NCBI GenBank assembly: GCA_963726375.1
Contig: CAVSCE010000009.1
Coordinates: 546,492-610,491, forward strand
DNA length: 64,000 bases
Origin: an uncultured Chloroflexia bacterium
Lineage (GTDB): Bacteria; Chloroflexota; Anaerolineae; Anaerolineales; UBA4823
Direction: 5' to 3'
Positions 42,002 to 53,168 of the stretch are shown here, piece after piece. The notes beneath the pieces are model-generated. The model was not told the origin of the DNA. It searched no databases and saw nothing but the letters and a program-made list of their open reading frames with translations. The position numbers and the translations under genes are program-made. The first letter of the stretch is position 1. Each line of letters starts with the position of its first letter.

Positions 42002-43111
42002 TTAAGGTAATTTGTCTCTGGCGTGTTTAATGACCTGGCTGATATGCGCTGCGGTTGAAGACACATCTGCTGCATCCAAAACACCAACTTGAATATCCAT
42101 CTGCCAGATGCCTCCAGGTGGTATGGTCTTTAGATTTCCCTTTGCTTTCTCTGCAGAGTAGCCTTCGACTTCTGATGTCCCTGGTTCGATCAATCCCAAA
42201 GCTTGCTGATCTTCGGTCCTGACGATCCAGCGAACGGCACGAGGGAGCTGTGCGGGAGTATGGCGAACATAATCAGCGGTACCGTCCGGGAAAATATGCA
42301 TCGTATGTGCAAATCCATTTTGGTCTGCCAGGTAATCGATGAAAAATACAACTTCGGGGTCGTAGCTCTGGTCCGAAGAAAAACGGTGATGAATTTCTGG
42401 ATGAAGGTTCAACAGTTGCAAGAATTCAGAATAGCCTGGACCAGGGACAATGTGGGATGGAATGGAACTCCTTACTCGCACATGCTCCGGGGTGGGAATT
42501 GCAGAATAAACGATAGTACCACCATCTACCGGGCGAAAATTGATGTGTGCAAGATACATCAGCTCCATTTCAGATTTTTTGAGATTTTGAATGTTCATTG
42601 CAATCGAGAATACGCTTGATCGCTTGTAGAGTCTTACAATTGGTTCCGCAATATAGTTGTGTGAAAATGCCACGGTATGATGATATCGACCTGATAAACC
42701 GATATATTCTCCTTGTAGATCTTCACCCAACACGATCCATGCCTCCTGATAAGGAGCATTTGGAAGCTCACCGTGGAGCACATGCTTATCTTGAGGCGAC
42801 GATGGAGCTCCTGTGCCTGTCACTCCGCAATGCAGGAAGAACCCTCCGAAGGTTTCCAGGAACTCGCGGGTGGGTCTCGGTTCAGTGAACATGGAAATCA
42901 TAGTCAATGGTCTTCGATTGAATTCTGCAGTCCAAATTTGCTGACCCTGGTATGGAAGAAGGACCATCTCGCCAGAAAAATTCCTGAGACGCAAGCCGCA
43001 AACACCACTCGAAAATTGAAAGATCGATGCAGCGAGGCCGTCTTTTTCAATCAAAAGCCGCTCATTATCTTCGAACATGTTTCTTGAAAGGTGGATGATT
43101 ATTTCGCTCAT
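42002..43111 (-). CDS. DUF4432 / aldose-1-epimerase-like protein
   Basis: It is 369 aa. The N-terminus (LLIEKDGLAASIFQFSSGVCGLRL...) and LHGEL are reminiscent of the mutarotase fold. The assignment is tentative. Confidence 0.5.
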   Translation of the reverse strand: MSEIIIHLSRNMFEDNERLLIEKDGLAASIFQFSSGVCGLRLRNFSGEMVLLPYQGQQIWTAEFNRRPLTMISMFTEPRPTREFLETFGGFFLHCGVTGTGAPSSPQDKHVLHGELPNAPYQEAWIVLGEDLQGEYIGLSGRYHHTVAFSHNYIAEPIVRLYKRSSVFSIAMNIQNLKKSEMELMYLAHINFRPVDGGTIVYSAIPTPEHVRVRSSIPSHIVPGPGYSEFLQLLNLHPEIHHRFSSDQSYDPEVVFFIDYLADQNGFAHTMHIFPDGTADYVRHTPAQLPRAVRWIVRTEDQQALGLIEPGTSEVEGYSAEKAKGNLKTIPPGGIWQMDIQVGVLDAADVSSTAAHISQVIKHARDKLP

Positions 43112-43156
43112 TTCAATCCTTTTATTATCGTTAAGGATTTCCTTTTCAAATTTAAT

Positions 43157-44681
43157 CTATTGACTGGTTTGTAAAGAAAGATTGTTCAAGAGATTCTTCC
43201 ATTTTTGATATCCATCATCCCAGTTTTGTTTTTCCCCAGGTTCAAACATATTCATAACGAATGAAGAACGCACCAAATTGCGAGCTTCAGGAAGCGTATC
43301 AATTCGACCCATTGCGATTTCTTGAACGAGGATATTCCCGACAGCTGTGGCTTCCACAGGACCTGCGATGACCGGGTATCCTGTAGCACTGGCCGTGAAT
43401 TGGTTGAGAAGCTGGTTCCGGCTCCCACCACCAACGATATGTACAACTTCGATCCTATACCCCAGAACATCTTCAAGATTTCTCGATCACCTGCCGGTAG
43501 GTCAAAGCAAGGCTTTCCAGTGTGCAACGAACTATCTCACCAATGGTCTCAGGGACCGGCTGGTGGGTGGACTTTGCATATTGACGAATACGGGCAGGCA
43601 TGTCGCCAGGGCTGAGAAAACAAGGATCGTTTGGGTTAAGCAAGGTTCGAAATGCTTCAGCCTGAGATGCCAGATATGCAATTTCTTGGTAACCGCACTC
43701 AATCCCCTTTGATGTCCAATCCCTGCGGCATTCCTGTAAAAGCCAGAGTCCTGGGATATTCTTCAAGAAACGGAAATTACCTCCAAAACATCCTTCATTT
43801 GTGAAGTCGTACTTCTGGCTCTTATGATTTATGATTGGCTCCGGGATCTCTGTGCCTACTAATGACCAGGTACCCGAGCTAATAAATGCATATCGTTGGA
43901 CTTCTGCCGGGACAGCAGCGATTGCTGAGGCAGTGTCATGGCTGGCAATTGTCGCCACCTGGGCTCTGGAGATGCCCAATGCTTGCGCCAGATTTGATCG
44001 CAGCGGAGTGTTGGTCGTGCCAGGTTCGATAATTTCTCTAAAAATATCAGTGGGAAGCCCCATTCGTGAAAGCAAATCCCTTGACCAAGCCTTTTCTCGT
44101 GGATTAAAACATTGGGTTGTCGTGGCAATAGTGAATTCACTTCCCTTGCGATCCGTCAGCCAAAAATTAATAAGATCCGGCAAATTCAAGAAAGTTCTTG
44201 CGGTGTCCAGGGAAGGATCAAAACTCAGTTTCATCGACAGCAGCTGATACAGGCTGTTCAACTGCATAAATTGATTCCCAGTGATTTGGTAAATCTCTTC
44301 CCGGCTGATGAGTTTATCACCCTGTTCAATCATCCCATCTGTACGCTTGTCACGATAGTGAAATGGATTGCCGATCAGGGCATCCTTCGAGTCCAAGAGC
44401 CCAAAATCCACTCCCCAAGTATCCACTCCGATACTGATAAGTCCACTGCCGCACTTGCTGCTTGCTAGACGAAGCCCTTTTTGAATTTCGGACCATATTG
44501 CCAATATATCCCAATAAAGATGATCATTCAGCCAGACAGGTCCATTTGGAAAACGATGGATTTCCTCAATTCTTAGAAAGTTGCCGTCCTGTCGGCCTAG
44601 AATTGCTCTTCCACTCTCTGCACCCAGATCAAATGCAAGATAGTATTCAGAGAAATTTGACTTCAGGTTCATAATTTTCAA
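43157..44681 (-). CDS. rhaB: rhamnulokinase (FGGY family), two frameshifts in the C-terminal third
   Basis: The N-terminus reads YLAFDLGAESGRAILG...IHRFPNGPV..DHLYWDI. The C-terminus IVGGGSRNQLLNQFTASATGYPVIAGPVEATAVGNILVQ is spread over ORFs 43252..43527 and 43157..43357. Confidence 0.8.
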
Positions 44682-44777
44682 CTTTCAAGCATTTTTTTAT
44701 TCTGGAATATTCAAGTTATGTTGATGAATTGTGTAAAAGTTCAATTGATCGGCTCTCTGATTATATTCAGGACATTA

Positions 44778-46095
44778 TCACGATGATGTTCCATGTCTGT
44801 CTGCGAACGAATAAGATTCCAGGTTCAATCGGAGAAGAGGTTCGGTGTTTGATGGACGAACATTAAAATGCCAATCGGGATAATCGATTGAGATTCCATC
44901 CAACGTACTCAATTTTCCATCAGAGAATCGCCTTCTGAGCAGATCCATCCTGCTTTGGACATTTTCAACCTTTGTATTGATCTCGCCAGAGAGAAAATAT
45001 CTTTCCTCGAGCGGTGAAAGCAGCTCTGAAAGTCGCATCTCTTTTTGTGATAATAATTGAAGCAGTAATAAGGAAGGGAGTATTCCTGAATCAGCGCTGA
45101 AAAAGCTGCGAAAATAATAATGTCCGGTGACTTCACCGGCAAATAATGCCGATTCTTCTGCCATTCGCCGCTTGATAAAAGCGTGACCGACACGCTCTTT
45201 CAAAGATTCACCTCCGGCATTTCGAATCGTATCTGGAACAGCCCAGGACGCTCTGACATCATAAATAATTTTCGATCCCGGATCGCGTTCAAGCAGATAA
45301 TTGGCAATGATTGCTGTTAAAAAATCACCGGGTACGAAACGGCCTCGATCATCAACTGCAAAAAAACGGTCGCCATCACCATCATATGCAAAACCTATCT
45401 CTGCTCGTTGTTCAATTACCGTTCTTTCCAGTACTGCACGGTTTTGTGGCTGAAGGGGATCCAGACCATGATTGGGCAGGTTTCCATCAGGTTCAAAGTA
45501 AAGACGGGTCAATTTCAAAGGCAGTCGTTGATGTATCTCATCAAGTATAGGGCCAACCATCCCATTTGCGGTATCAGCGACGACATTCATAGGCCGTATC
45601 GTCGAAATATCAACGATGGAAAACACTTTTTCAATAAAACTATCAAGGTAAGATCGTTTGGTCAGTTTTCCGCGACTGCGCGGGGATCGAAATTGAGCCT
45701 TCTCGGCAATCCGGCGAATATCCTGGATCCCACTATCACCACTCAACAGATATGGCATCTCCTTTACCATCTTAAATCCATTATATTGCTTTGGATTGTG
45801 TGATGCCGTAACCATTAAACCCGGTAATTTTTCTGTTGCACAAGCAAAATAAAATTGATCCGTGCTGACCATTCCGATACTTATGACATTTGCACCCTGG
45901 TCAAGAATTCCATCGATTAATGCCATTTCCAGCGATTCGCTGCTTAGTCTCATATCTCTTCCGATAATGAGTTCCTGCTGGTGCGAGAAGTGTAACAAAG
46001 GATCGACCTACCCGATATGCTACATCTTCGTCAAGCTCGGAGGGGTAAATCCCGCGGATATCATAGGCTTTAAATATTTTTGGATTCAGGGCCAA
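44778..46095 (-). CDS. phosphomannomutase/phosphoglucomutase, frameshifted near 45950
   Basis: The N-terminus is IFKAYDIRGIYPSELD. The active-site loop is TASHNPKQYNGFK, the metal-binding loop is FAYDGDGDR, and the C-terminus has RPSNTEPLLRLN. Confidence 0.88.
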
Positions 46096-46128
46096 TTATT
46101 TCTCCAAAATTATGATTTCAAGTATTGT

Positions 46129-47200
46129 TTAAACTAAATCAGAACGTCCCTGCATTTTCAGCATTTCTACCAAATTCTTTACTTTTTGCTCCTGATCTCT
46201 GCTGCAAATCAGTAGAGCGTCTTCTGTGTCAACAATGATAAGCTCTTTGATCCCTATCGTCGCAATCAGTCGCTTACCGCCGATAATCAGGGAATTTTCA
46301 GAATTTATCCCGATATGATCACCCTTGATAGAATTTCCCAGCTTGTCTGATGGCAGAAGATCGATCAAGCTGCTCCAACTTCCCACGTCGGTCCAACCCA
46401 TTTCGACCGGGATTACTGCAGCCTTTCGAGCTCCTTCCATGATCCCGTAATCAATGGTCTGTTTCGGGATCTGAGGCCAGGTTAGTTTCAGAACATGATC
46501 ATAACTCGTTGTGCCGATGGTTTCATAAATCCGCATCAGCATGTCATAAAACTGAGGCATCTGGGTGGAAAACTCTTCAAGGATTCGATTTACTTTCCAG
46601 ATAAACATACCGCTGTTCCACGAATAAATTCCAGAGTGAACCATACGTGCAGCGGTTTCATGGTCTGGTTTCTCGGTGAATGCCCTAAGGCGGTATGTCT
46701 TGAATCCTTCGACTTGATCCAGGGCCTGACCGTGTTCTAGATATCCAAATGCTGTCGATGGACTGGTTGGTTGGATCCCCAATGTAACCAGAAAATTCTG
46801 CTGAGCCAAATGTTCTGCGGCATGAAGGACGTTTATGAATGTTTTTGAGTCTTCGATGTAATGATCAGCGGTTAATACTGCCATCACTGCTTCTGGGTCT
46901 TGTCTGTTGATGTGAATGGCAGCCAAACCGATCGCAGGTGCGGTTCCTCGCCCTTCAGGCTCAAGTATAAATTGAGAGTCCGAAAGTTCAGAATTCTTGC
47001 TGCTGGAGGATATCCTTATGTTCCTGTCTGGTTGCGATTAATATCCGATCGATGGAGAAAATGGGGGAAATTCGGCGGACAGCATGCTGGAACATGCTCT
47101 GTCCACCGACCAAATGCAGCGATTGCTTTGGTTTTTGTTCACGGCTCAAGGGCCAGAGTCTTGTCCCTGAGCCACCGGCCATGATTACGGCATAGTACAT
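46129..47200 (-). CDS. manC: mannose-1-phosphate guanylyltransferase, frameshifted near 46950
   Basis: The N-terminus is MYYAVIMAGGSGTRLWPLSR (ORF 46988..47200). The body is ORF 46129..46926. Confidence 0.85.
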
Positions 47201-47213
47201 CTGTCATCCTCCA

Positions 47214-47795
47214 TCAGGTAGTGAAAGGCAGCCGCCAATAACTACCACCGCCACCCTCTCGATCCATTAACCCATAACCTACCAGGTATCTTCGCATCAA
47301 TGCGGTGTCAGAATTATATCGAGAAAGGATTTCGTTGACTTCCTTTTCTGTGTATCGAATTTCCGGCTCAAAGGATTGGACAACATATTTCAAAATAACA
47401 AGAAATTTCTTCTCCTGTGCAGGAAAGCTGATGATCCGCCCATCCGTATCGAGAAATGTTGAGAGCACTTTTTGTTCGTAGGCATCTTCACTCATTTTCC
47501 GGGTGAGATTGGTCAAACTGCTTTCATGAAGCATATCTTTTGCCATTTCTTTCAGAGTTTCTAATTGCAGCGAATATATCGCATAATGACCTTGTGCGCG
47601 CGCTGTAACCAGCCCTGCCTTTGCCAATTTCGATAAGTGGTGCGAAGTTGTTGAAACGCTCAGGTTCAGCGACTCCGCTAATTGTTCAACATTCGTCGGT
47701 TTTTGGGCCAAAAAACCAATGATCATCAGTCGTTTTTCATCGGCTAACGCCTTGAAGAAATTTAACAATAATTCAAAATTATCATTTTCATTCAT
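47214..47795 (-). CDS. ArsR-family HTH regulator with a DUF2087-like C-terminal domain
   Basis: ALADEKRLMIIGFLAQKPTNVEQLAESLNLSVSTTSHHLSKLAKAGLV is an ArsR wHTH. It is the first gene of the manC-PMM-rhaB-larA string. Confidence 0.75.
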   Translation of the reverse strand: MNENDNFELLLNFFKALADEKRLMIIGFLAQKPTNVEQLAESLNLSVSTTSHHLSKLAKAGLVTARAQGHYAIYSLQLETLKEMAKDMLHESSLTNLTRKMSEDAYEQKVLSTFLDTDGRIISFPAQEKKFLVILKYVVQSFEPEIRYTEKEVNEILSRYNSDTALMRRYLVGYGLMDREGGGGSYWRLPFTT

Positions 47796-47850
47796 TTCTA
47801 TAATCCTGCTAACATTTTGATGTTTATAGTAATGATTTTATCAATTTCCT

Positions 47851-50351
47851 TCATTTTGTCAAGTGTTGGAATAAATCTTTCAGGTCTGCACGGAGGTAAT
47901 ATTTCCTGAATGCATTTGACTCTTCCAGAAGTTGGCTGATTTGATTTGCAAGCTGCTTAGTTTTGATAGGAGCATTCGGATTATTCGCTTTTTCAAAGGA
48001 AAAGGTAACAGTTGAGCAAGCATCCGAAAGAAAATAATTGGGAAGCTGATCCTCGGTAATCATGATTTGAATATGGCCTGCAGCCTCCAACCAGGCCAAA
48101 CCCAGGCGAACCGTTTTTTCTAAATGTCCCGTTAATCCAGCCAGAGTTCTTATTGTGACTTTATTAACACCTTTGGAATATTGATAACGAAGCAAACCGC
48201 TAAGTTGATTCATAAAAGACTTCAGCGTACCAAACTCAGAATCAATCCCGAAAACTTCCACTTTAAAAGGTCGGCATTTCTCCAGAGCTTCTGCAAGCTC
48301 GCACCTACCTGGAGGCACGGTCCATATTATCAGGCAATGGCATGGCACAAGGTTTTCCCTCGAAATACACCAGATCATCCGCATTATTTAATCCTGCATC
48401 TTTTAGACCATCTATCAACCGGCTATGCTCTCCGGCTTCTGCCCATATGATAGTTTCTCGAAGATTGATATTTGATAAAATCTTTAACAGCTCTCGAAAA
48501 GGAGATGCAAGAGACCTTCGATCGACCACCTCAAATCTTGTTTGGACATTATCAATCCGGTCATCCAGGGTATCAGATCGCAGATCTTCAAAAACGATCG
48601 ATAAATCAACTTGACCTTTATAGCTGGAGCTTCTGACGTGATAAGCTAAATCGAACTTTCCGCTCGGAAACTGGTATTCGTCACAAGATTCAGAACCACC
48701 CCACCACATCACTTTTTGCACAATACCAAATTGGTCTTTAATCAGAAGTTTGATGTGCTCAGATTGCCGACCAAGTTTCGAAAAACTCACCAACTCTAAG
48801 TTACGACTTGCAAGGATGATGGGAGGATTTCCATGTCCGAATGGCGCAAGTTGATTCAATGAATTCTGCTAGTTCCAGGTTAATCCCACCCCAATCCAGA
48901 AATCCTTCTATTAGAAGTGAATCAGCTTCCGATGGGTATTCATTCTTCTGGGATTGGATATTCTGGCTAATTCTTTGCCTAAATTGGGGTATATTCTTGG
49001 GATCAATCGAAAAACCAGCTGCCATCGCATGACCTCCAAATCCCGATAGGAGATCAGACACATTCAATAACGCCTGGGTGATGTCCACTCCTTCCACAGA
49101 TCGAGCTGATCCACGGGCCAATTCTCCTTGAGGCATCGAAATTAGGATTGCAGGCAATCGATATTTTTCGACAAGTCGGCTCGCGACGATACCTATCACT
49201 CCTGCTGGCCAGGATGGGCTCGCAAGGACTAGCGCTGACGAGGTCATGTCGGTATCCTTGCTAATTTGATCCTGTGCAGCTTTTAGAACCTGGCTGGTCA
49301 TCAATTGCCTCTGGCTGTTCCATCCTTCCAATTCCAATGCCAGGATGCGTGCTCTTCCAGCATCCTTTGTCGTTAACAACTCAACAGCTGGATTAGCATC
49401 ACTCAATCGGCCCATTGCATTCAGTCTGGGCGCCAGGACAAATCCAATTTGTTCTTCGTTCATCGAAGCCGGAACAAGTCCAGACATTTCATAGATAGCC
49501 TGCAGACCCACTCGTTGCGACCCACGCAGACATTCTAATCCGCGTTGAAGCAGAAAGCGGGTTTCACCGGTCAGCAAAGCAACGTCTGCAACAATCCCCA
49601 AAGCAGCCAAATCCTGATATTTTCTTACTCCACCAGGATATCCAGCGTATTGATACAGTGCCTCAGCAAGTTTATACGCTACTCCCGCACCAGGAAGCCC
49701 ACTTAACCCATGATTTTGCGGCAGCAATCTCGGTGAGACAATTGCATAAGCCAAGGGGAGCAGCTCCTGAATTGCTTCAAGTTCATCCTCGCCTGCATGG
49801 CGGGTTGGCAGCTCATGATGATCGGTGACAATCACGTCTACATCTCGTTCATTGGCATATGCGATCGCATCATAAGCGGAAATTCCTGTGTCACAGGTCA
49901 GCACCAACTTCGGTGGATCATTCGAAACCTCTAGAAGTTCCCGCAGTACGTTTAAACCGACCCCATGCGATTCTTTCGCACGGATTGGGATATGGTAGCT
50001 CACCTTACCCCCCAATTCGGTCAGTGTTTCCACCAAAATAGCCGTAGCAGTCTGTCCGTCTACATCAAAGTCACCCCACACAAGGATGTGCTCGCGGTTT
50101 TGCATCGCAGTCCAAAGACGGAGTTTTGCCCGATCCAACCCGGGCATTTCACCAGGCTCGGCTGGCTGGAAGCAGTCTGGATCAAGAAAAGCCCTTGCCA
50201 ATCGTACATCAGCATAACCGCGCCGGGCAAGTGCCCTTGCTGCCAGCAGGCTGCCTTTCGTCAGACTCAGCAGGTCTTCGGTTATCGTTTGATCCGACGG
50301 CTCAATCCATTCTCGCATTTGAATGATTTTAGCATATTCGGCAAAGAGCAC
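47851..50351 (-). CDS. recJ: single-stranded-DNA-specific exonuclease RecJ with a long C-terminal extension, two frameshifts
   Basis: The DHH motifs are GDFDVDGQTA, DTGISA, VTDHH and GGHAMAAG (ORF 48801..50351). Fragments 48305..48859 and 47851..48384 continue contiguously. The likely start is the ATG at 50318. Confidence 0.85.
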
Positions 50352-50466
50352 TGGTTCACAAACAACTGCTTGACAAGAACATTTGTTCTATTTATAATCA
50401 TTTCAGGATGATCAGATTTCAATCTCTGCCCCATATTAATAGTAACAAGGTCGAGGAGCACGTGTT

Positions 50467-50868
50467 GTGTCGTTCCTGGATGCTTTCCTGAAGAGGCTGG
50501 GCTTGCGCCGGATTGAACGCCGCCGTTACACATTGGACGGTCCGTTGGTAGATTATGTCGAAGCGCTTGCCGAGCACGAGCAGCGAAAACCCACAGAGGT
50601 GGCTGCCGATCTGATGGCCAGCGGAGTTGCACAGCGCGATCTGGATCTTGATACCTACCAGCGCTGGCAAACCCTCTCCCAACGCGAGCAGGAGGTGGCG
50701 GCGTTCGTTTGCCTGGATTACACCAATCGCCAGATTGCCGCCAGGTTGTCTATCTCCCCTGAAACGGTCAAGTTGCACATTAAGAGAGTCTTATACAAAT
50801 TTGATCTGCACAGCAAAGATGAGCTGCGCATGCTGATGAATGAATGGGATTTCAGCGCCTGGAGATAA
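50467..50868 (+). CDS. LuxR-family (GerE-type HTH) transcriptional regulator
   Basis: The C-terminus LSQREQEVAAFVCLDYTNRQIAARLSISPETVKLHIKRVLYKFDL is the GerE/LuxR HTH. The N-terminal half has no recognisable receiver domain. Confidence 0.75.
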   Translation: MSFLDAFLKRLGLRRIERRRYTLDGPLVDYVEALAEHEQRKPTEVAADLMASGVAQRDLDLDTYQRWQTLSQREQEVAAFVCLDYTNRQIAARLSISPETVKLHIKRVLYKFDLHSKDELRMLMNEWDFSAWR

Positions 50869-50895
50869 AAAGGCGTATCTCTCTTTGAAGAAATA

Positions 50896-51135
50896 TCAAT
50901 CCATGGAAATACCCAGGTGGCTGATGATGATCTCCATTGGCCAATGTCGGTGATCGTCAAAAGCACGCTGGGCATCAGCCAGGGCACGGCGTTTTTCCTC
51001 CCGATGAGAAACGAAGATGCCTTTTATTTCCAGCTCGTGCAGCCTTTCGGCCGTCCCTTGCACGCTGCCATTGCTCTGCCGAACCGCATTGCGCACAAAT
51101 TCATTCAAATATTGTTGGTAGAGCTTGATATCCAT
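50896..51135 (-). CDS. hypothetical small protein
   Basis: It is a 79 aa ORF convergent with the LuxR gene. The region looks locally GC-rich and has many shadow ORFs, so the coding call is weak. Confidence 0.3.
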   Translation of the reverse strand: MDIKLYQQYLNEFVRNAVRQSNGSVQGTAERLHELEIKGIFVSHREEKRRALADAQRAFDDHRHWPMEIIISHLGISMD

Positions 51136-51297
51136 TCGAAAGCTCCTATCGTGATTGGATTATACTCGAACACTATCCAGGACTAATACTTGTTCGATAA
51201 ATGAAAACCGGTCAAAAGACGTATTGTCAAACAGGACAAGTCCGGTAAAATTATCACAAGTTACGAACATGCGATAAGACTGGTGTAAACACAAAAA

Positions 51298-51480
51298 ATG
51301 AACGTAAGAACCGACCTTCGCTCAGGATATTCCTCAAAAACGCCGCTGCTCAATTCAGTTAATGGGCTGAATGCCACAATTGACCTGTATAAGACTGCAA
51401 GTACGATCGTCGATACCTCAATGCTTGATCCGAACGCGCTGAAATTATTTATGAATTACCTGCCGTCTGCAAATCGATAA
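51298..51480 (+). CDS. hypothetical small protein (60 aa)
   Basis: It is a stand-alone ORF followed 30 nt later by a strong terminator hairpin. I recognise no motif. Confidence 0.3.
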   Translation: MNVRTDLRSGYSSKTPLLNSVNGLNATIDLYKTASTIVDTSMLDPNALKLFMNYLPSANR

Positions 51481-51510
51481 GCAATTTTCTGTCATTCTTT
51501 CTTCTTTAGT

Positions 51511-51540
51511 CAAAAATCCGAGCGATGGCTCGGATTTTTG
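51511..51540 (+). terminator. Rho-independent terminator
   Basis: CAAAAATCCGAGC-gatg-GCTCGGATTTTTG forms a perfect 13 bp stem with a T-rich 3' arm. Confidence 0.75.
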
Positions 51541-51586
51541 ACTTTATCAATCATTTGAGCGATTACCCATGTAAACAGAAGCTGTA

Positions 51587-52027
51587 TTAAAAATGCTGCT
51601 CAAGAAGCAGTGATTCGTCCGTCAGCCCATGCCGGCGGTAAAACCGAACAGCCGCCTCGTTGGTCGTCATGGTACTGACAGAGATCTCAACACAGCCAAT
51701 TTCCCTGGCACGTCGAATCACTTCCGTCAATAATTTGCTGCCGATACCCCGGGATCTATAACCGCTCCTGGTAATTAACTCTTCAATCAGGCAAACCATG
51801 CCGGCATGGTAAAGATTCGGTCGTATCCAATAGCTGACGAAACCAACAGCTTCCTGATCTTCCTCAGCGATCAGGATATTCGCACCCGGCAAGCCTAAAT
51901 AGGACTGGACAAAGGCGAGATCAAGCGTACATTCTTCATGATTAAAACTGGTCAGTTCGTGTACCAGCCGCAGCACAGAATGTGCATCTTCATGTAAAGC
52001 CAATCGGATCAGGGTATCCGTGTGCAT
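51587..52027 (-). CDS. GNAT family N-acetyltransferase
   Basis: The acetyl-CoA-binding motif is RGIGSKLL. The C-terminus NEAAVRFYRRHGL is the GNAT motif B. Confidence 0.8.
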   Translation of the reverse strand: MHTDTLIRLALHEDAHSVLRLVHELTSFNHEECTLDLAFVQSYLGLPGANILIAEEDQEAVGFVSYWIRPNLYHAGMVCLIEELITRSGYRSRGIGSKLLTEVIRRAREIGCVEISVSTMTTNEAAVRFYRRHGLTDESLLLEQHF

Positions 52028-52068
52028 TAGACTTCCCCTATTTGGATGGAGAGTTATTGAACACAGTC

Positions 52069-52778
52069 TCAGGGATTGTAATTTTGATTTTGTTTATTAT
52101 CAAGAATCAATTTATACATTTTTAGCGAATTCTCGTTAGTTTCTACACGCATTATAAAATTATAACGGTCAAGCTGGCAGCAATATTCAAGGTCGCTACC
52201 AGAATTTATCAACGCTCCAGCCAGCAAACGGGCATTAACAGAACGGCGGACACGGTCCAGGAATGGACCTGGGTCAATCGATGGGTTCTCAAAAAGTGCG
52301 GACAGATAGTCTGCACAGGCAGTATCTTCATCGCCGCGTCCATCAGGCGTAAACCCAGTTATCACAAATGAGATTGACCGCTGCTGAAGCATTTTTATAT
52401 AATGGGCTGTTGCACCAGCAACGCAAAAGCTTGCCGCTAACAAAATCTCTGCACCACGAGAGCGAACAACACCCTGTGTTCCGCGCTTGTTCGTTGAACT
52501 AATTCCATTCCGCTCAGGTCTTGATTCAGAAATTCAGCAGGTGAATTCCCATAATCAAAACCACGTATCTTGATCCCATTCTCCTCGCCCATAAGGCGAA
52601 TTTTTGAATCTTTGTCCCGGAGAAGAAAAGCTTCATCAGAAGCTCCCACTATTTCGATTGATTTTGCACCAGCTGCAAAAGCGAATGCTGCGGTTGTGAA
52701 TGCCCGGATCACATCGATTACAACAACTGTTCCGGTTGCTTGATGGCAATTTTCAAGGGAATAATAATGAAAATCCAT
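52069..52778 (-). CDS. 2-phosphosulfolactate phosphatase (ComB family), frameshifted near 52440
   Basis: VVVIDVIRAFTTAAFAFAAGA and GENGIKIRGFDYGNSP follow the ComB family pattern (ORF 52437..52778). It continues in ORF 52069..52443. Confidence 0.7.
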
Positions 52779-52931
52779 ATTGACTTTAAATTGGTTTCAA
52801 TTCAGATATATAAATTTAGTACAAAAGGGAATTTTGGAATTATCAAGAACCTGATTGAGACGACTTTTCAAAAATACTTATCCTGGCAAAGAATATATAC
52901 TACCTTGAGAAATCATATTATTTAAAAAATT

Positions 52932-52960
52932 CAACTGCTCCTAAATTTTAGGAGCAGCTG
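52932..52960 (-). terminator. hairpin terminator downstream of tRNA-Lys
   Basis: On the minus strand, CAGCTGCTCC-taaaattta-GGAGCAGTTG is followed by TTTTTT. Confidence 0.6.
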
Positions 52961-52966
52961 CCATGA

Positions 52967-53038
52967 TGACCCCGACAGGGCTCGAACCTGTAACCAATTG
53001 ATTAAAAGTCAACTGCTCTACCATTGAGCTACGGGGCC
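52967..53038 (-). tRNA. tRNA-Lys (anticodon UUU)
   Basis: The reverse complement is GGCCCCGTAGCTCAATGGTAGAGCAGTTGACTTTTAATCAATTGGTTACAGGTTCGAGCCCTGTCGGGGTCA. It has a 7 bp acceptor stem, a D-loop AGCTCAATGGTAGAGC, an anticodon loop CT-TTT-AA and a T-arm GGTTCGAGCC. CCA is not encoded. Confidence 0.93.
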
Positions 53039-53168
53039 GTGTTGGGCTATAAAATAGCCATGCGAAGTGGAATTATACCCCAAAGATAATAGATGTCAAC
53101 TTTCCCAAAGGTTCAAGACGAGAAAATCAATCATCATTTGGGGATATGGATTTGATACAATCATTCTC

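Noticed and set aside
52779-53066. tRNA-Lys as an integration hotspot for a genomic island or prophage.
   Set aside because: There is no integrase, no direct repeat of the tRNA 3' end and no phage-like genes on either side. The flanking genes are ordinary metabolic genes.
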